64,000 nt of DNA. Source: Marsupella aquatica (Eukaryota > Plantae > Marchantiophyta). Location of the stretch: assembly GCA_973895155.1 (NCBI GenBank), contig OZ316898.1:4402480-4466479 (forward strand). The letters run 5' to 3'. The translations under genes and the position numbers were made by a program. Numbering within the stretch: position 1 is the first letter of the stretch; every line of letters begins with the position of its first letter. Below, one piece after another: positions 49,680-62,623 of this stretch. The notes under the pieces are model-generated. The model saw only the letters and a program-made list of their open reading frames with translations. It was not told the origin of the DNA and did not search any database.

Positions 49680-52600
49680 CGACACTCCTGCAAAAAAAGT
49701 TCATAGAATTTGATCAAAATTGGGTGACATTGCCCAGGCCTGGCTGGAACCTAAGTGTATATTTCCAATAATCCCCATTGTTGTTTGGCTTAGAGGGGCG
49801 TTAAGCACTCGTGATTGTGAGGCCTGTGTGAGAGCATCTTCTAGTGGGAATGGATCGGAGCGCATGCTTGAGTTTTGTGGTTCTTGCCGGCCTTGGCGGT
49901 TGTGGGGGCGACTATTTTGTGTGTGCGCTTGGTCTATGCACTGGAATTGACTTTATGTCCGTCGGTGCGGTCTGTCAAAGCATGGCACATGTCTGCCAGC
50001 GCGTCTATGGACTCCTCAAATTTGGCCTGGAATGACAGTGGTTTCTCCTTTCTCTTTGCGTGGACTTTGTTAGGTGCATTTTCTCTTGACACTAAATTTT
50101 GCAAGTCTCCCTCTAGGTATGGAGCCTGGTTCTCTTTGTTGTTCTTGTCATTGGCCTTTCCCTTGCGCTTCCGTGTGGTTTTTGTGCCCATCAATTTGTC
50201 AACCCTGCCTCATTTCCTAACGGTAGTTCTATCAATACCTTCGGCTGGAGTGAGTCATGGCTCGACTGTCTCTCTAGCTTTCCCACGTTTTCTTGTGCCT
50301 CCCTCTTGAGAATGGATTCCACCCAATGTTTCAAGTCAGCCAAAGCTTGCTTAGCCAGGGTTGGGTGGTACGAGATGGAGTCATAACATTTTTGTACGAC
50401 GAAAGGCGGTGATACCTTGATATCCTGCGTGACATCCGCGGATCCTACCTCCCAAATATCCTCATTGTCATATGTGAAAGTGATATTGCCTACCACCATG
50501 GGCAATGTTGGATTATCTCCTTTGCTGACATTGAAGTGGTGGTCTAGGCCACCCGAAAAAGAGCCAAATTTGGTTCCCAGCTGATGGAGAATTTCCAACT
50601 CAGGCATCTTTTATGTAAGCAACAGAACTTTGATCTGCACATGAAACCCAAGGGCCCGCTGTCGTAAGGAATTAGAATATATAAAGAATAACTTGGTTTT
50701 ATATAAAAGTAGAGATTTTCAGTAAAATTTATATGGTAACAAATAGATTTTTGGTTTTTACCAAGTAAAATTATAAGTCCCGGTAACTTTCAAGACCTAC
50801 CATAGTAAATAGTAATTTCTAGAATTTACCATAGTAAAAAGAAAAATTCTAGTAACTTTTAGAATTTACCATGGTAAAAAGCAAGTTCTAGAATTTACCG
50901 TGGTAAAAAAATAAAATCTAGTAAGTTCTAGTAAAGTCTAGTATCTTCTAGGATACTCTTGTAAAGGGACCAGTGTGGTCTGACTCCAACTATAAATAAG
51001 AGGGAGGCTCGCCCTCCCAGGGGAGTCTATTTTCAGTATTTTAAGCGTATGAGTGTGAGGATAGAGAGTGTGTAGAGTGCATATTATGTGCATTTGCATT
51101 GAAGGAATGCTTGAACATCGGTTCTAGGACTAACGGAATGGCTATGCCGCCGGTTTCTATGGTGGAAGGGTTCTAAGTTTCTTGATTCTTGGTCATGGAA
51201 GGCATTGCCACCACTTGAGTACCTTGAAGATGGAGCTTTGAATCTGGCAAGGTCGGCTATGCCGCCAATACCATAGATATAATGTCTGCAAACCTGTGAT
51301 CAAGTAGGGACGGCTCTGCCGCTGAACGCAAATTCAGAATTTGCGTTCTACAGTGAGCATTAAGTTGATAGTAAAGAGGAAGGTAGGTATTAGGCAGATT
51401 CTTACACGAAAGTTTGGGGAAGAAGGATACACTGCAATTATCGTATTGTCGGATCCATTAATACTATATAGATGCACAGATGGGGATGTGAGTATATTTA
51501 TAATAGTGTAATAGATGAGAGATCATAGCCGAGAGTTGAAAGAAGTATGTAGAGAAGATTATCACTTGGGAGAGAGATTTGTGGAGTGTGGGCCTGGCCC
51601 CGACTACTCTGGTGTTATTGCTAATATGTAGAGTAGATCACACATATCTCTTGGTACCAAAAGTGCTTAGGAGTCCTTGTGGAAAAGGGTACGCCCTTCC
51701 TACCCAGTTTATCTGGAGAAAACTGCAAGAGGCACAGAGAAACCCAAGGAACTTGAGAAATGGTCGGGAATGGACAAGGCTCTCAAGGGAATTAGTTCTA
51801 AGCATGAGGTCTTTTACAAGTGATAAATAGCATAATTAGCACATGCAGTCAGACACCCAACGTGTTCTTGAGAGCTTACTATTCCCAGGATACCGCCGTG
51901 GATGAGAAGGTGCATGGTATGCCTGATGGAAAGACCAGAATTGCATTGTAAGTAAATAAATTATTGATTACTACTCTATTTTACCTGATGTTTGCATGCA
52001 TTTCCCTGAAGTGAAACCCGCATGTACATGAGTAGGTGTCCTTGTCCCAGTCTATGACTACATGTTCCTTGGGATCCACACCCAAATTGTTTGATGATGT
52101 GCTCCGAACTGAGGCGCGGCTGGCCAAACCACAATGAAAAGTGGTGACGTAGTCATCTGGGATACCCTTAGCGCAATGTATAGACTTGTGCATGTGCCCT
52201 TCAATGGCCCTGTTCCTAATGCAGCCCTGGAATTTATCAGCACAAATGCACCAATAGTGATTCTCAAGCACTCTTAGTTGCCCAAGTAGCCAAGGTATGG
52301 AGCGACCTGTAATACTGTACCAACCAGCCTTCAACTCCATCTTTAGAGTGTGATCAATGCCAGCGCTCAATACCCCCGTTTGTGTTCTGGTTGGCGTGAT
52401 TGTAAGCTCATAACTTCACTGCCCAACTACACATTTTGTTGTGCCATTCTCGTTTGTAATAAATGTCCACCGATCCATGAAAGGCTTCAGAATCTTCACT
52501 CAAATCTGTAGGGAACATTATGCTCTCGTTAGGCAGACAGCCCTATAGACTGAGTTATAGACTTCAGGACTTGTTTGAAATGATTGTCACATGGAGGAAG

Positions 52601-54500
52601 AAATAGTTGAACTCACCTGGCCCGTTTGAATACATGATAGTCCCTGAATCAGCATTAATCTGGGCTTTCGCAAATGGGCAAAAGACTTTCAAGATGATGT
52701 TCTTTGTCCAGGCCCTTCAAACGTGCCAGGTGCAGAAAGTAATATGCACATCCGGGAATTATACCTGCCTGAATGAATGAAGGAAACAAGAACACATTTC
52801 ATTAATTACCGTGCATGTGCCGGTTTTCATTGATGTGCAGCGGAATTTGTCATGAAATGCTTATGTTACACAGCCAATAAGCGGAATAATATACCTGATA
52901 TATTGCTGCCTGCTCCTTGTCAGCTACGTCAATTATCCAACAGGTTGGCGTCCAAGGGAGGGTGAGATTCATTTCAGCCCTCTTGGCATTGACACGATCC
53001 TTCAGGGCATTCAAAGCTCGGCTAACATGCACAACTTTGTACGTTTGCATCAATGCAAAAGCAACGGGAATGGCATTCTAGAATTTGTCAAAGACAACAA
53101 CCGTGTAAAAAGGAAATTGCAAAACAAAAAATCCCACCAAAACCCCAGAATTATCAGGTGGATGAATGTCACACACAACTACAGTAGGGTATTTGAATCT
53201 TACTTGATACATGGTTATGCCTTAGTTACCCCAGGTGATTGGTGCCAAACGTGGCATCAAATGCTACTGGCTCGTCATGCCCAAGTTGGGCTAGCTTCTT
53301 TTGTTGCCAAGGAGACGATCACATGAGAATGAAAGGCTGGTTTTCTGCTTTCACTTGAGGCTGATACAAGAGAAGTTGCTCTTCATTCTGAAGGACCCAG
53401 AGTTTTGTGGCTTGTGCTTCGTCCAAGCAATAGTTGGGTTCATGCCGTCGCATACAATCCCGCATAGTTTGCACGTCCCTAGGAGTGAGCTGCATGTCTC
53501 TGGACATGATCACATCAACATCCTCATCCAGGTGCTCCTTATGCCACCTAGTAAGAATTTCCTTGAAATGTGCATCGACAATTGCCCTGGCAGTCAAGCC
53601 TGCCCTCAAGTATCATTCGATTTTGGTCCTCAGCTTCAACAAGATTCTTGGAGCAATATGTGCATTTGATTCAAAGGCTGTGGGGTCTTTCAGGCCATGG
53701 CAAATGTTACCACGCCTGTCCAAGTGATCTTTCCGGATCCACTTGATCAATACAGCCCCAGGTCGATCTTCATATTTTGTGGAGGTAAATGAATATCTGC
53801 AGCCATGACGTACAGACATTCTTGCATGATGAAATCCAAGCGGAGGGCGAGTGACAGTTTCTTACCCAACTTCAAAACAACAAAAGGTAGTAATCCCAAT
53901 GCAAACATTGTAATTCTGAGCCCAGAAATAGAGGTTCACCTGTTAATGTTTTCTTCTTCAGAAAGATCCCTGTTTTGTTGCATTTGAGTTTGTCTGGTAC
54001 CTTGGTCAATTTCCAGCCTCGATAATCCTCAGGCCCATAACACCAGCAATATAACATAGTTGTCTTCACCAAAGGACCGATCTTGGAGATGCGGTTCTCT
54101 ACCATCTGTCGGGTAGTGAACTGTGTATGGAAGTAGTCCCGCATATTCTCACCCCAAATGGAATCTTTCAGTCTTCCCTCTGGAATCCAAGCATAATCAA
54201 ATTTTGAACCAAACCATTCAAGAGCAGTAAGTTCAAATTCACCAGGACACGGATTCTGAATTTGGTCACATCTCAAATATTCAGAGTGGCTTTTGCGCAT
54301 GGGTGGAGTTATTGGTGGCACATACTCATTGTTAACCTCATCGTGGATAGTAAGGCCACGTAGATGCTCCAACAGAACCTCCAATGCATCTGGTTGCACA
54401 ATTTCCTCTCTGGAAATGTGCAGCTCTTCACTGGTGCCCCCGCAAGTTGTTGTGTCAATTTGCCAAAGATCAAGGCCCATTGAGCAAACCACTTCAGGTG
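49680..54500 (-). pseudogene. Decayed multi-exon MULE-type DDE transposase with SWIM finger (At1g60560/At4g13970-like)
   Basis: YCWCYGPEDYR; RHGCRYSF..HLDRRGNICHG; QPFILM*SSPWQ..GHDEPVAFDATFGTN; FPFYTVVVFD..NAIPVA; WIIDVADKEQAAI; FCTWHV*RAW; SWIM CTC..GNACKHQ|IKVL; several stops and frameshifts. Confidence 0.8.
50660..51818 (+). mobile_element. LTR-like insertion (solo or truncated LTR, ~1.16 kb) inside a transposase intron (50635-51984)
   Basis: TG...TTTACA ends, AGAATTTACCATAGTAAAA-type subrepeats, CTATAAATA at 50990, three GGCT(A/C)TGCCGC motifs; abrupt composition change; no TSD found. Confidence 0.55.
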
Positions 54501-55317
54501 CTTAGAGTAAAACATGAAACGTTTACTCTATTTAAAATGCAAATTAACTGAATCTTGCAGTCACCAGTGATCTGGACACTTATTGGCTACGGTATGGACA
54601 AAACTGCAAACAATAGCGGCCAGCAAATTTGGGTGTTTGGGCTCCAGTCTATCCTAACTTTGTTAGTCCATGTGAGCTTCACGGTTCCAGTCCATCTGAA
54701 GTTTGATAGTCTATCTGGGTTCACCAACAACATGCATGTCCATATAGCTAGTGCTTGACTATTTTTAACTTATTGAAAAACATATAAAAACTAAGTTAAT
54801 CTATCATTTCTAAATTTATTAAAATACAAATTTTACATAAGATAATGGAAATAAAAAGTAACTGTATAACTTGCCATGATGAGAAGAGCATGGGAATTGA
54901 AACCCAGTTAAAATAGTCAACCTTAAACTCTGTGCCCAGGACAAGGAGGCGCAGGCCAGAGGAGGTTATGGATCATGGGAATGTCAGAATGATTTTTTTG
55001 TGAAATATAATATAAGGTACATATGTTGCATAGAAGATCTATGTGACATAGTGGTAGAGTCCATGAGGTCGTGAGTTCAAATCGGGCACAATACAGTTTT
55101 TCTTTACCCGTCAATTAATGGCGGAGAAAAGGTGGCAGAGAAATAATTGAACTTAAAGGGGTTTGATAGAACCCAACATGGAATAATATATGTAACATAC
55201 TTAGGGGGTTCAAGTAATTTGCACCTAGAAAAAATAACAAGGAAGTCAGCCATGGGAGCCCCAAATTAAAATTAAAGTAATCACCAAAACAAATTGGAGT
55301 TGGGAGACTCAAACAGT

Positions 55318-55489
55318 GATTGTTAGTACCATAAGGGGAAGTCGTAAAAATACACTAGGCTTTCATTTCCAATTATTCTAGAGTTTTTGTGTGTGTTGCG
55401 GGGCGGATTGTTAGTACCATAAGGGGAAGTCGTAAAAATACACTAGGCTTTCACTTCCAATTATTCTAGAGTTTTTGTGTGTGTTGCGG
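55318..55489. repeat. 88-bp tandem duplication
   Basis: GATTGTTAGTACCATAAGGGGAAGTCG...GTGTGTTGCGG twice. Confidence 0.92.
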
Positions 55490-56518
55490 AGCGTCTTGTG
55501 CTTTCTCTTTATTCAGTATTTTTCCTTTCACTTCTGAATATTCTTGTTAAATTATTATGAAAACAAGTATTTGCTGTGGAGAGTCTTGTACTTTGTACTT
55601 TCCCTTTAGTTAGTTGTTTTTTCTTTCCGTTTGTTTTGGATTGAACTTTTCTTGTTTTGGCTTGAACTTTTCTTTTTCCTTTTGGTTGTCAACATTTTGG
55701 GAGATTCTCATCTTGGACCTTGCGCCCCTCCCCTTCATTTCGAATTGACTCGACTTAGTCGAGGTTCTGTATATCATGTTGGAGGAGAGATGGTGACTGT
55801 TATATGGTGAATCCATCTTCCAGTATTTTGTCTTATTCAAACTTCTTTTCTTGTGTATTTTAATTCAATGTGTCTTACCAAGGTGCATCCCTTGTATACT
55901 TTAGATTTTGAATTTAATCTGGCATCCCTCCAAATTTTTCAATTCCTTGCTATACTTTTGATCATCCACCCTTTAACAAAGCATGGAAGTTCTAGTCCTT
56001 ATTCTGATGAGTGAAGAAGAAATGATCTAATTAAAGTGCACTCCTCATGTCTTTAAGTTCTACTCATGGTTTTGTGTCCTAAATTTATGGTTTTAATTCA
56101 TTTGAGTGTCATTAACTAAGATAAGCACATTAATATCTTTACTGGTGGATAGTATGTGCAGAACCCAATACCATAGACTTAGTTATATCATGTGTATTTT
56201 TACTCTTGTACTTTATGTGCACAACTTTTCAATGTCACGCTTCCTAATCAATGTACTATTTATATTTGTCACAAATTAGATCATCTGTATTTCACTAAAA
56301 ACTTAAACTTTTTGCTAGAGGACAAAATAACTTTTCTTGTTCCAGGATGAGTATGCTATATGGAGGTTCTTGAACTGTATATCATGTTGGAGGAGAGATG
56401 GTGACCTTTTTGCATCGTGTGTTCTTGGCACTGGCGTACAGATTGTAAAGGTTGTCAACAACACATTTCCCTAGGCTATGTTACTTCTGATTGAGTTCAT
56501 CTGAAAGTCTATATCTAT

Positions 56519-56639
56519 CTATCGATATCTTCTATACAATACGCTGTCCAAGTAGACTCTTCATGACCTACTCAGTCGCTATCGATATCTTCTATACAAT
56601 ACGCTGTCCAAGTAACTCTTCATGACCTACTCAGTCGCT
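56519..56639. repeat. 60-bp tandem duplication
   Basis: CTATCGATATCTTCTATACAATACGCTGTCCAAGTA...CTACTCAGTCGCT twice. Confidence 0.93.
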
Positions 56640-57093
56640 TTCCAGGTAGACTGTTAATGGCCAACTCAATAGAGTGAAGCCACTGTAATTTCTCCCTTAA
56701 CACAAAAACGTTTAGTGCCTGCCAGTATTCGTCCATTTCTTGATTTCCCTACTCGCTCATTTGAATTTTAACATGAATTTTAACATGCATTGTGGTTGTT
56801 TCTTCTATCCAGAACTTGTTCAAGCTGGATGCACACGAACGAGTAAGGTCGCGTGATAGCAGCTGAGAGCGAACAACATTGCGATCGTGACGAACATGCA
56901 ATGACATCCGTGTGGTTGAGTTCGCCAATTCATATTGAAATGTGAGCCAAGAAGAGTTTGAAGAGGCATCCATACTCGATTTGTGTATGTTGAGATAGAG
57001 TTTACTAGCTCATGTATATACATGGTCTCTTCAAAATAGCATTGACAGACTAGACCTCGAGCAGCGTTTTTTAGCTTTGTCTTTACAGTCATT

Positions 57094-59163
57094 ATGAGCT
57101 CGCAAAGTAGCGATACAACTCCCAAAAATCACAGGGAGGTGACACCTACTAAGGCCATAGTAGGTCTAGTCTTGTTTTCTTTGGCTTTAGTAATTTCCAA
57201 AAGTGCTTTCGATGGAACCACACTCGCAAATGTTGCAAACTCACATTCTCTCAACCATTTTGAGATAAATGCGACGTCCATACCACGACAGTTTGATCAA
57301 CCAGTACAAGATCTTCTTGATACATTGAAGGCTGCAACAACGTTATCCAGACCAGGGACACAAGATTCTGGAAGAATCCCAACTACGGTACTAACATCCT
57401 TTTCTACAACCTTACAATTGTCAGAAACTAACCGCAACTAACTAACTAATTAACAGTAATTTCCTAAATCATTCAATCATTTTCTACTTTAAACGCTTTC
57501 CATTCCATCTATGAAGACTTTGAAAAACAATTAATTAATTGAGGGACTGGGACACCAAAATTGGAGATGTCAGTAGCTGATAATGTTGGGTTCAAAATGG
57601 CATTAACAAAGAAGATTGAGTGCTTGCGTGGAGTTTGAGCTCTTTGTTTAGTGCTCCATGAGAATATAGTGCTTCTATTTGATCTACTTTTCGTTTAGTG
57701 AGCAGGTTGAGTTCAATTCTTATGATCAACTTCAATGGGAGGACAAGAATCCTTGCACATCTCGCAAACAACTGAAGTCCAGATATGAGAGACGAACTTC
57801 AACTGAACATGTGGATCTCCCTCCTGAGCTTCAAGTTGTGATGGATGAGTACTCAAAACTTCATCGTGCATGCATTCAAGCTTCGGGTGATCTGAACGCC
57901 TTGTTTCTTTCGAAGAACCCTGAAACTGGGTGCAAATTCCTAGTTGCTGAGGGAGGCAATGGATTGGGAAACCGGATCATGTGGATGGTCTCCAATCTGA
58001 TGTTTGCAATATTAACTCAGAGGGTGCTGCTTGTGGATCCCCGATCGATGATTCCCTCCTTGATGTGTGAGCCTTTCTTGGGCTCATCTTGGACAGCTCC
58101 AAAAGACTTCCCTTTTGCAGACATAAGGCCAGACCTTTGGCAAACAACTGATGAGTTCCTTGCAACAATGGACAATTCAAAGCTACATGAGGAAACGAAT
58201 CAGACAGATGCCATTGTAGTGAATGCCGCTCGTGCTGATGACAATTGGGGACCTATCAGTCGGTTTTATTGCCCAACAGAGCAGTCCATCTACGCCAGAG
58301 TTAGATGGATCACTTTAGGGGGTTGCCTGTATTTCTTACCTGAGCTTTTTGCCATACCAACTTTTCAACCGGTTCTGGAGTCGATCTTCAAGGATAAGAA
58401 TCCACTCACACACCTTCTAAGATATTCCATGCTCCCTGAGGATTTCATCTGGGCAAGAGTAAGGAGGGTGGAGGAAGTCTACCTTAAAAATAAGAAACAA
58501 ATGGTGGGGGTGCATGTTCGATACCATGATGGTTATGATGACTACAAAAATCATCATAACATTGTTAATAGCAATGTAAAGGATTGTTTGGTGGAAAACG
58601 GGATTCTACCAAAAATTAGTGACTCTTCCCCATGGAAATTGTTCACCACCGCCCCACAGCCATCTCCTGGAATTGTTGTGCTGTTTATATCATCCTTGTA
58701 CGATAGTTTGTTTGACGACTTCAAAGTTATCTATCCACAAGATAAAGCCATGTCAAAAATTTCTCCAGTATCTAGAGAAGCTGTAAGCCTGGTCCATTTG
58801 AGTAGTGAAGGTCAGCAATTGCCTGGATTTGAGATTGATAGTCAAGCTTTAGTGGAAATACTGTGCCTAAGTTTCTCTGACGTGCTCCTCACAAGTCCAA
58901 GGTCAACATTTAGCCAGGTAGCGCATGCTTACGGAAGCCTTCAGCCTTGGATTATCAACTTCCAAGAGCAAGATGCACAGGCAAAGAAGCATAATCCAGC
59001 TTGCCAGAGAGGGAAATCCACAGACGGATGTTACCAAGGTGGAGGACTATTTTACGTCTGTCCATACGATCCAGACGTGGACAAATCACAGATCATGAAA
59101 CAAGTCTCCTCGCTCAGGCCTTGTGAAGATGGCTCAGCCGGAGTACAATTCATTCCAGACTGA
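57094..59163 (+). CDS. FUT: Alpha-1,2-fucosyltransferase, GT37 (xyloglucan FUT1-like); 2 exons (57094-57387, 57706-59163)
   Basis: Type II N-terminal TM; CKFLV..NGLGNR, LTQRVLLVD, LMCEPFLGSSW, VGVHVR, ALVEILCLSFSDVLLTSPRSTF..AHAYGSLQPW, LRPCED; phase-0 GT-AG intron. Confidence 0.92.
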
Positions 59164-60590
59164 TACTGTACACATACTGCAGCAGAGTTTAACAAGTATT
59201 TGGCAAATACTCTAGTCTAGAATAGGCTCATTGTTAAGTACATTTTCCATTTTGGACCTTGATGGATATTTATGTGATACATCGACTTTTTAAGTGTAAT
59301 ACACAAAATAAACTAACAAATTGATGTGGACAGACAGGAGCTGGTAGTTATATCACAGTTGTGGATTGGCTAGGTAGATTATTCTAGGCATTTCTAGTTA
59401 TCTGCAACTCTAAACATGAGAACTCAAGTCTAAAAGAACTTTACAGCAAGTGTAACTGAGCACCGTCATGATCAAATCAATTACGCTCGACAGCATACAT
59501 AGAGGAAAGATTGTCATGTCGCAAGACCAATACATAGAGCAAATTGTCATCTCTTAATTTCGATGCAATGGGAGCTCCATAGCATCTGTAATGTGTTACA
59601 TTTCCACATTGAGGTTCACATGTTGCATTGCACCAAAATATAAACACGAACAATTCATTCTGTCTATGAGTTATAAAAGCATGGCGTAAGACAAATGAGC
59701 TTCTATACATCTCAGATATATATCAGAGTAACCTCATGAAATATAAACTCCTGCCATCTAAAAACAACTGTACTTTTTTGTTTGAGACAGCAAAGACTAC
59801 AGTAACTGAATTATCTACAATTCAACCTCTAGTGCATACTTTCAAAGGCACAGGTACCGGAGACATTCTACTTTCTCTTTCCCTTCAGTCCTCTGGAGCA
59901 GATTCTCTTTTGACAGTCCTGCAGAGTCATAAGACCAGGAGCCCCCAGCCTATCTGCATTTAGACCTTGTCTAGCGAATCAGTTCAAATTTTGTATTTAG
60001 ATCTTCAATACAATGGCACAGAAGAACCCTTGGAAAGGCGCTCAGAGGGACAGTACCTTGACGAATGTCAGGTCACGGCACCATACCTCGGGAAACATCA
60101 AGGAAGACACGTTTTTCTCCACAGATATTAAATCCATGTTACCACAGCTCCTCTGTCTCTCATCCTGAGAGTTTGCCGGTTTTGAAGAAAATAGCTTCAC
60201 AAACTGTGTCAAGGGTCTTTGAGGTGGTTTAGAGCATACTGACATGTTCGGGCTCAAGAATAAGAGCAGAGTTAACCCCTAGGAGCCTAATCTCAAGTTT
60301 GGTGCAAGTAAAAGGGTGACCTCGATCAGTAAGTTAAAGTACAAACAGAAAGTGGAATTAGCATTTCGTGCAAATCAGGTCTCTCTTCAACACCGACCTA
60401 CTCATGACAGGTTCAGGTAACATGGAGAAACAAGACAGTGACAGTTATCGAAATGAAGTTTGAACAATACAACTACTAAGGACACCTCCTGTCCAGTTTG
60501 TGTTAAAGAATTGTACTACAGAATTACTCGAGGTTGGAGAGCGTAAGGAATGCACAAACAATGCTGCTCTTGTCTCAAACAAAGAAGCTC

Positions 60591-62623
60591 TTATTGCAGA
60601 GGGGGTTTGGGAGCTGATATGAGTTTCAGAGTGAGTAGAGCTAGGCCAAAGCTGGAGATACCAAACATTAACACGGCAAATCCTCCGAAACCTGCTACCT
60701 GCAAAGAGCATGTGGATGGCTCAGCAGTTGACCAGTTGATGACCAAGAATGTAACCGACAGCACACGTCGACCGGCGGTCTGAACTATTGGAATGTAGAT
60801 CCAGGTTAGCAAAATAATTCTCACGACGAGTGGCTACATTTGTCGTCTCAATAGACTCCGAACCTGGACTGAAGCAAATTTCTCAGATGCATGAGAAACT
60901 GTGAAGACCAAATCCTTCTCCCTTCTCCCTTCTGGTTTCTCTTAAGATGAACAACACAGCTCTTCAAGCGCCCCCCCCCCCCCCCCCAAACAAAAAAAAT
61001 GGCCTCTAATGTTACTTTTACCTCCGTTCAGACGTAAGAGAAGAAAAAGTGAGCAACTTACCGCACTCATTAGTAGCTGGTTGGCTTTGTTAGTCATTCC
61101 CATTGGAAGGTCATGTGCTAGTGGGTGTGAATCCAGGTGCTCGTAAGCAAGACTTGTTCCTTTAAGCGCTAGAGCTGCCCATAGTCCACCAACAACTGCA
61201 CCTGCCAGAGCCTTCAAGACAAAGGATCCAGACAACAGGAAGATCCATCAGGAGCACCTACGGTAGAGTTTATTGGTCGTATATATAACTATGAGGTTCA
61301 CGTTGGGCCTCTAGAATTCTGCTGCTGAGAACGGGCGTACATGTTTGATGGAAGGAATAGAGAGGGGGTCTCCATTAACCCCAAACCCAAGCTAGAGAAG
61401 GCCAATCGTTGCATCCCGAAATGTCGGATGAAGCGTCCACCATATGACTCTAAGCCAATACAAGTCAGAGTTGGAAACAAAAGCAGACCAGGCCGTGTTC
61501 TTTTGTCTTGATAGGCCATGACAGGACTAGACTTCACACAAATGTTCAAGGTAAAATAACACCGCTGGGCCCTGCTTTGTATTCTTTGGACGGAGCGGTC
61601 GAATCTTCCTAGTTGACGCAAATTGATTTCCCCTCGACAAAACATAAACTTGTGCACAGGTCTTTGCCATCCCTCTCAAAAGGAGTCCTGGTCTCCTACC
61701 TCTCCAAATCTACGGACTGGCTCAGCTATGAAATGATACCCCGTCACAGACGATGACTCCTCTTCCATTCCCTACCTTAAATAGGCCCAAAGTTATAGAT
61801 ACTTTAGTAGAAATTTAAATAAGCTAAAGGGCAGTGTCAGTGAGTTTAAGAGCATCGTGCTTTCGTGTATGACCAAAAAACAAATGTCCAAATTGAAAGG
61901 CCGAGTTACCCAAATAGGAAATCTCTGCCAATGAATGCGGAGTGCAACCTGACAGAATAGGAAGGCAAATGCTTACCAATAAAAACAAGGTATGGTTCCA
62001 AAAAGACGACTAAGGGAGCCAACCAAATTAACGGCCCAAAGCTCAACTTCCCAGCTGCGGGGACAATTCATTCGAGAATCGTCATATTATTCATGGATCA
62101 GTTTTTTCATCCCTGAGCTTTCGGCCACGAACAACTCCCTAAACGCACTCTTCCAAACCTCCCGTGCTTGATAAGAAACTCACAATTGCACTGCCAGCCC
62201 ACAGTTCTGCCAATGCTTGAATGGGGAACATCCAAATTGGACTCTTCACATACAAACTGTAGGAAATGGATGATTGACTATGGAGTACGAGGTTTCGATG
62301 CAGCTCACCTGACCAGGAGTGGCCTTCTTCCAACGACGCTGTCGACCCCCACGGCGGGGGCTGATCTTGATTTTCTTCGGGGGAAGAGGAGCAGCAGCAG
62401 GATCATCAGCAGGAATATAGGACAAGGATGAGTGCGGCTCACGGCTGAAACCCGGCCTGGGTTGCTCGACAGGCCCATCCCCAAGCTGTGAATCTTCCAT
62501 GGACCTACTCCGACAGACTACATTGAGACTGTGTCCACCTCGGCCATGGTTATGTGTGGGTAGGGGAAAGAATTTTGCGACAACAGGAGTTGACAGTGGT
62601 GCAAAGTTCAGAAGGGCTTGCAT
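60591..62623 (-). CDS. Plastid-targeted DUF3082-like membrane protein; 4 exons (62623-62309, 61771-61700, 61211-61062, 60698-60591)
   Basis: Transit-peptide-like N-terminus; spliced C-terminus ALAGAVVGGLWAAL..LDSHPL..NKANQLLMSAVAGFGGFAVLMFGISSFGLALLTLKL resembles DUF3082; GT-AG introns in frame. Confidence 0.7.
60971..60987. repeat. C17 homopolymer (G-tract on the sense strand of the last DUF3082-like intron)
   Basis: Read directly. Confidence 0.95.

Noticed and set aside
37952-54753. CACTA termini for the large element (CACTA at 37952, TAGTG near 54750)
   Set aside because: Only 5 bp match, 3-bp flanks differ, and the transposase is MULE-type
55044-55090. tRNA gene or SINE head (TGACATAGTGG ... 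GAGTTCAAATC)
   Set aside because: A-B box spacing only ~18 nt, no cloverleaf, no TSD or tail; at most a degenerate fragment
61245-61255. In-frame TGA upstream of the 60942-61235 ORF as recoding or pseudogene sign
   Set aside because: Falls in the intron when the TTGAAG|GCT acceptor at 61211 is used
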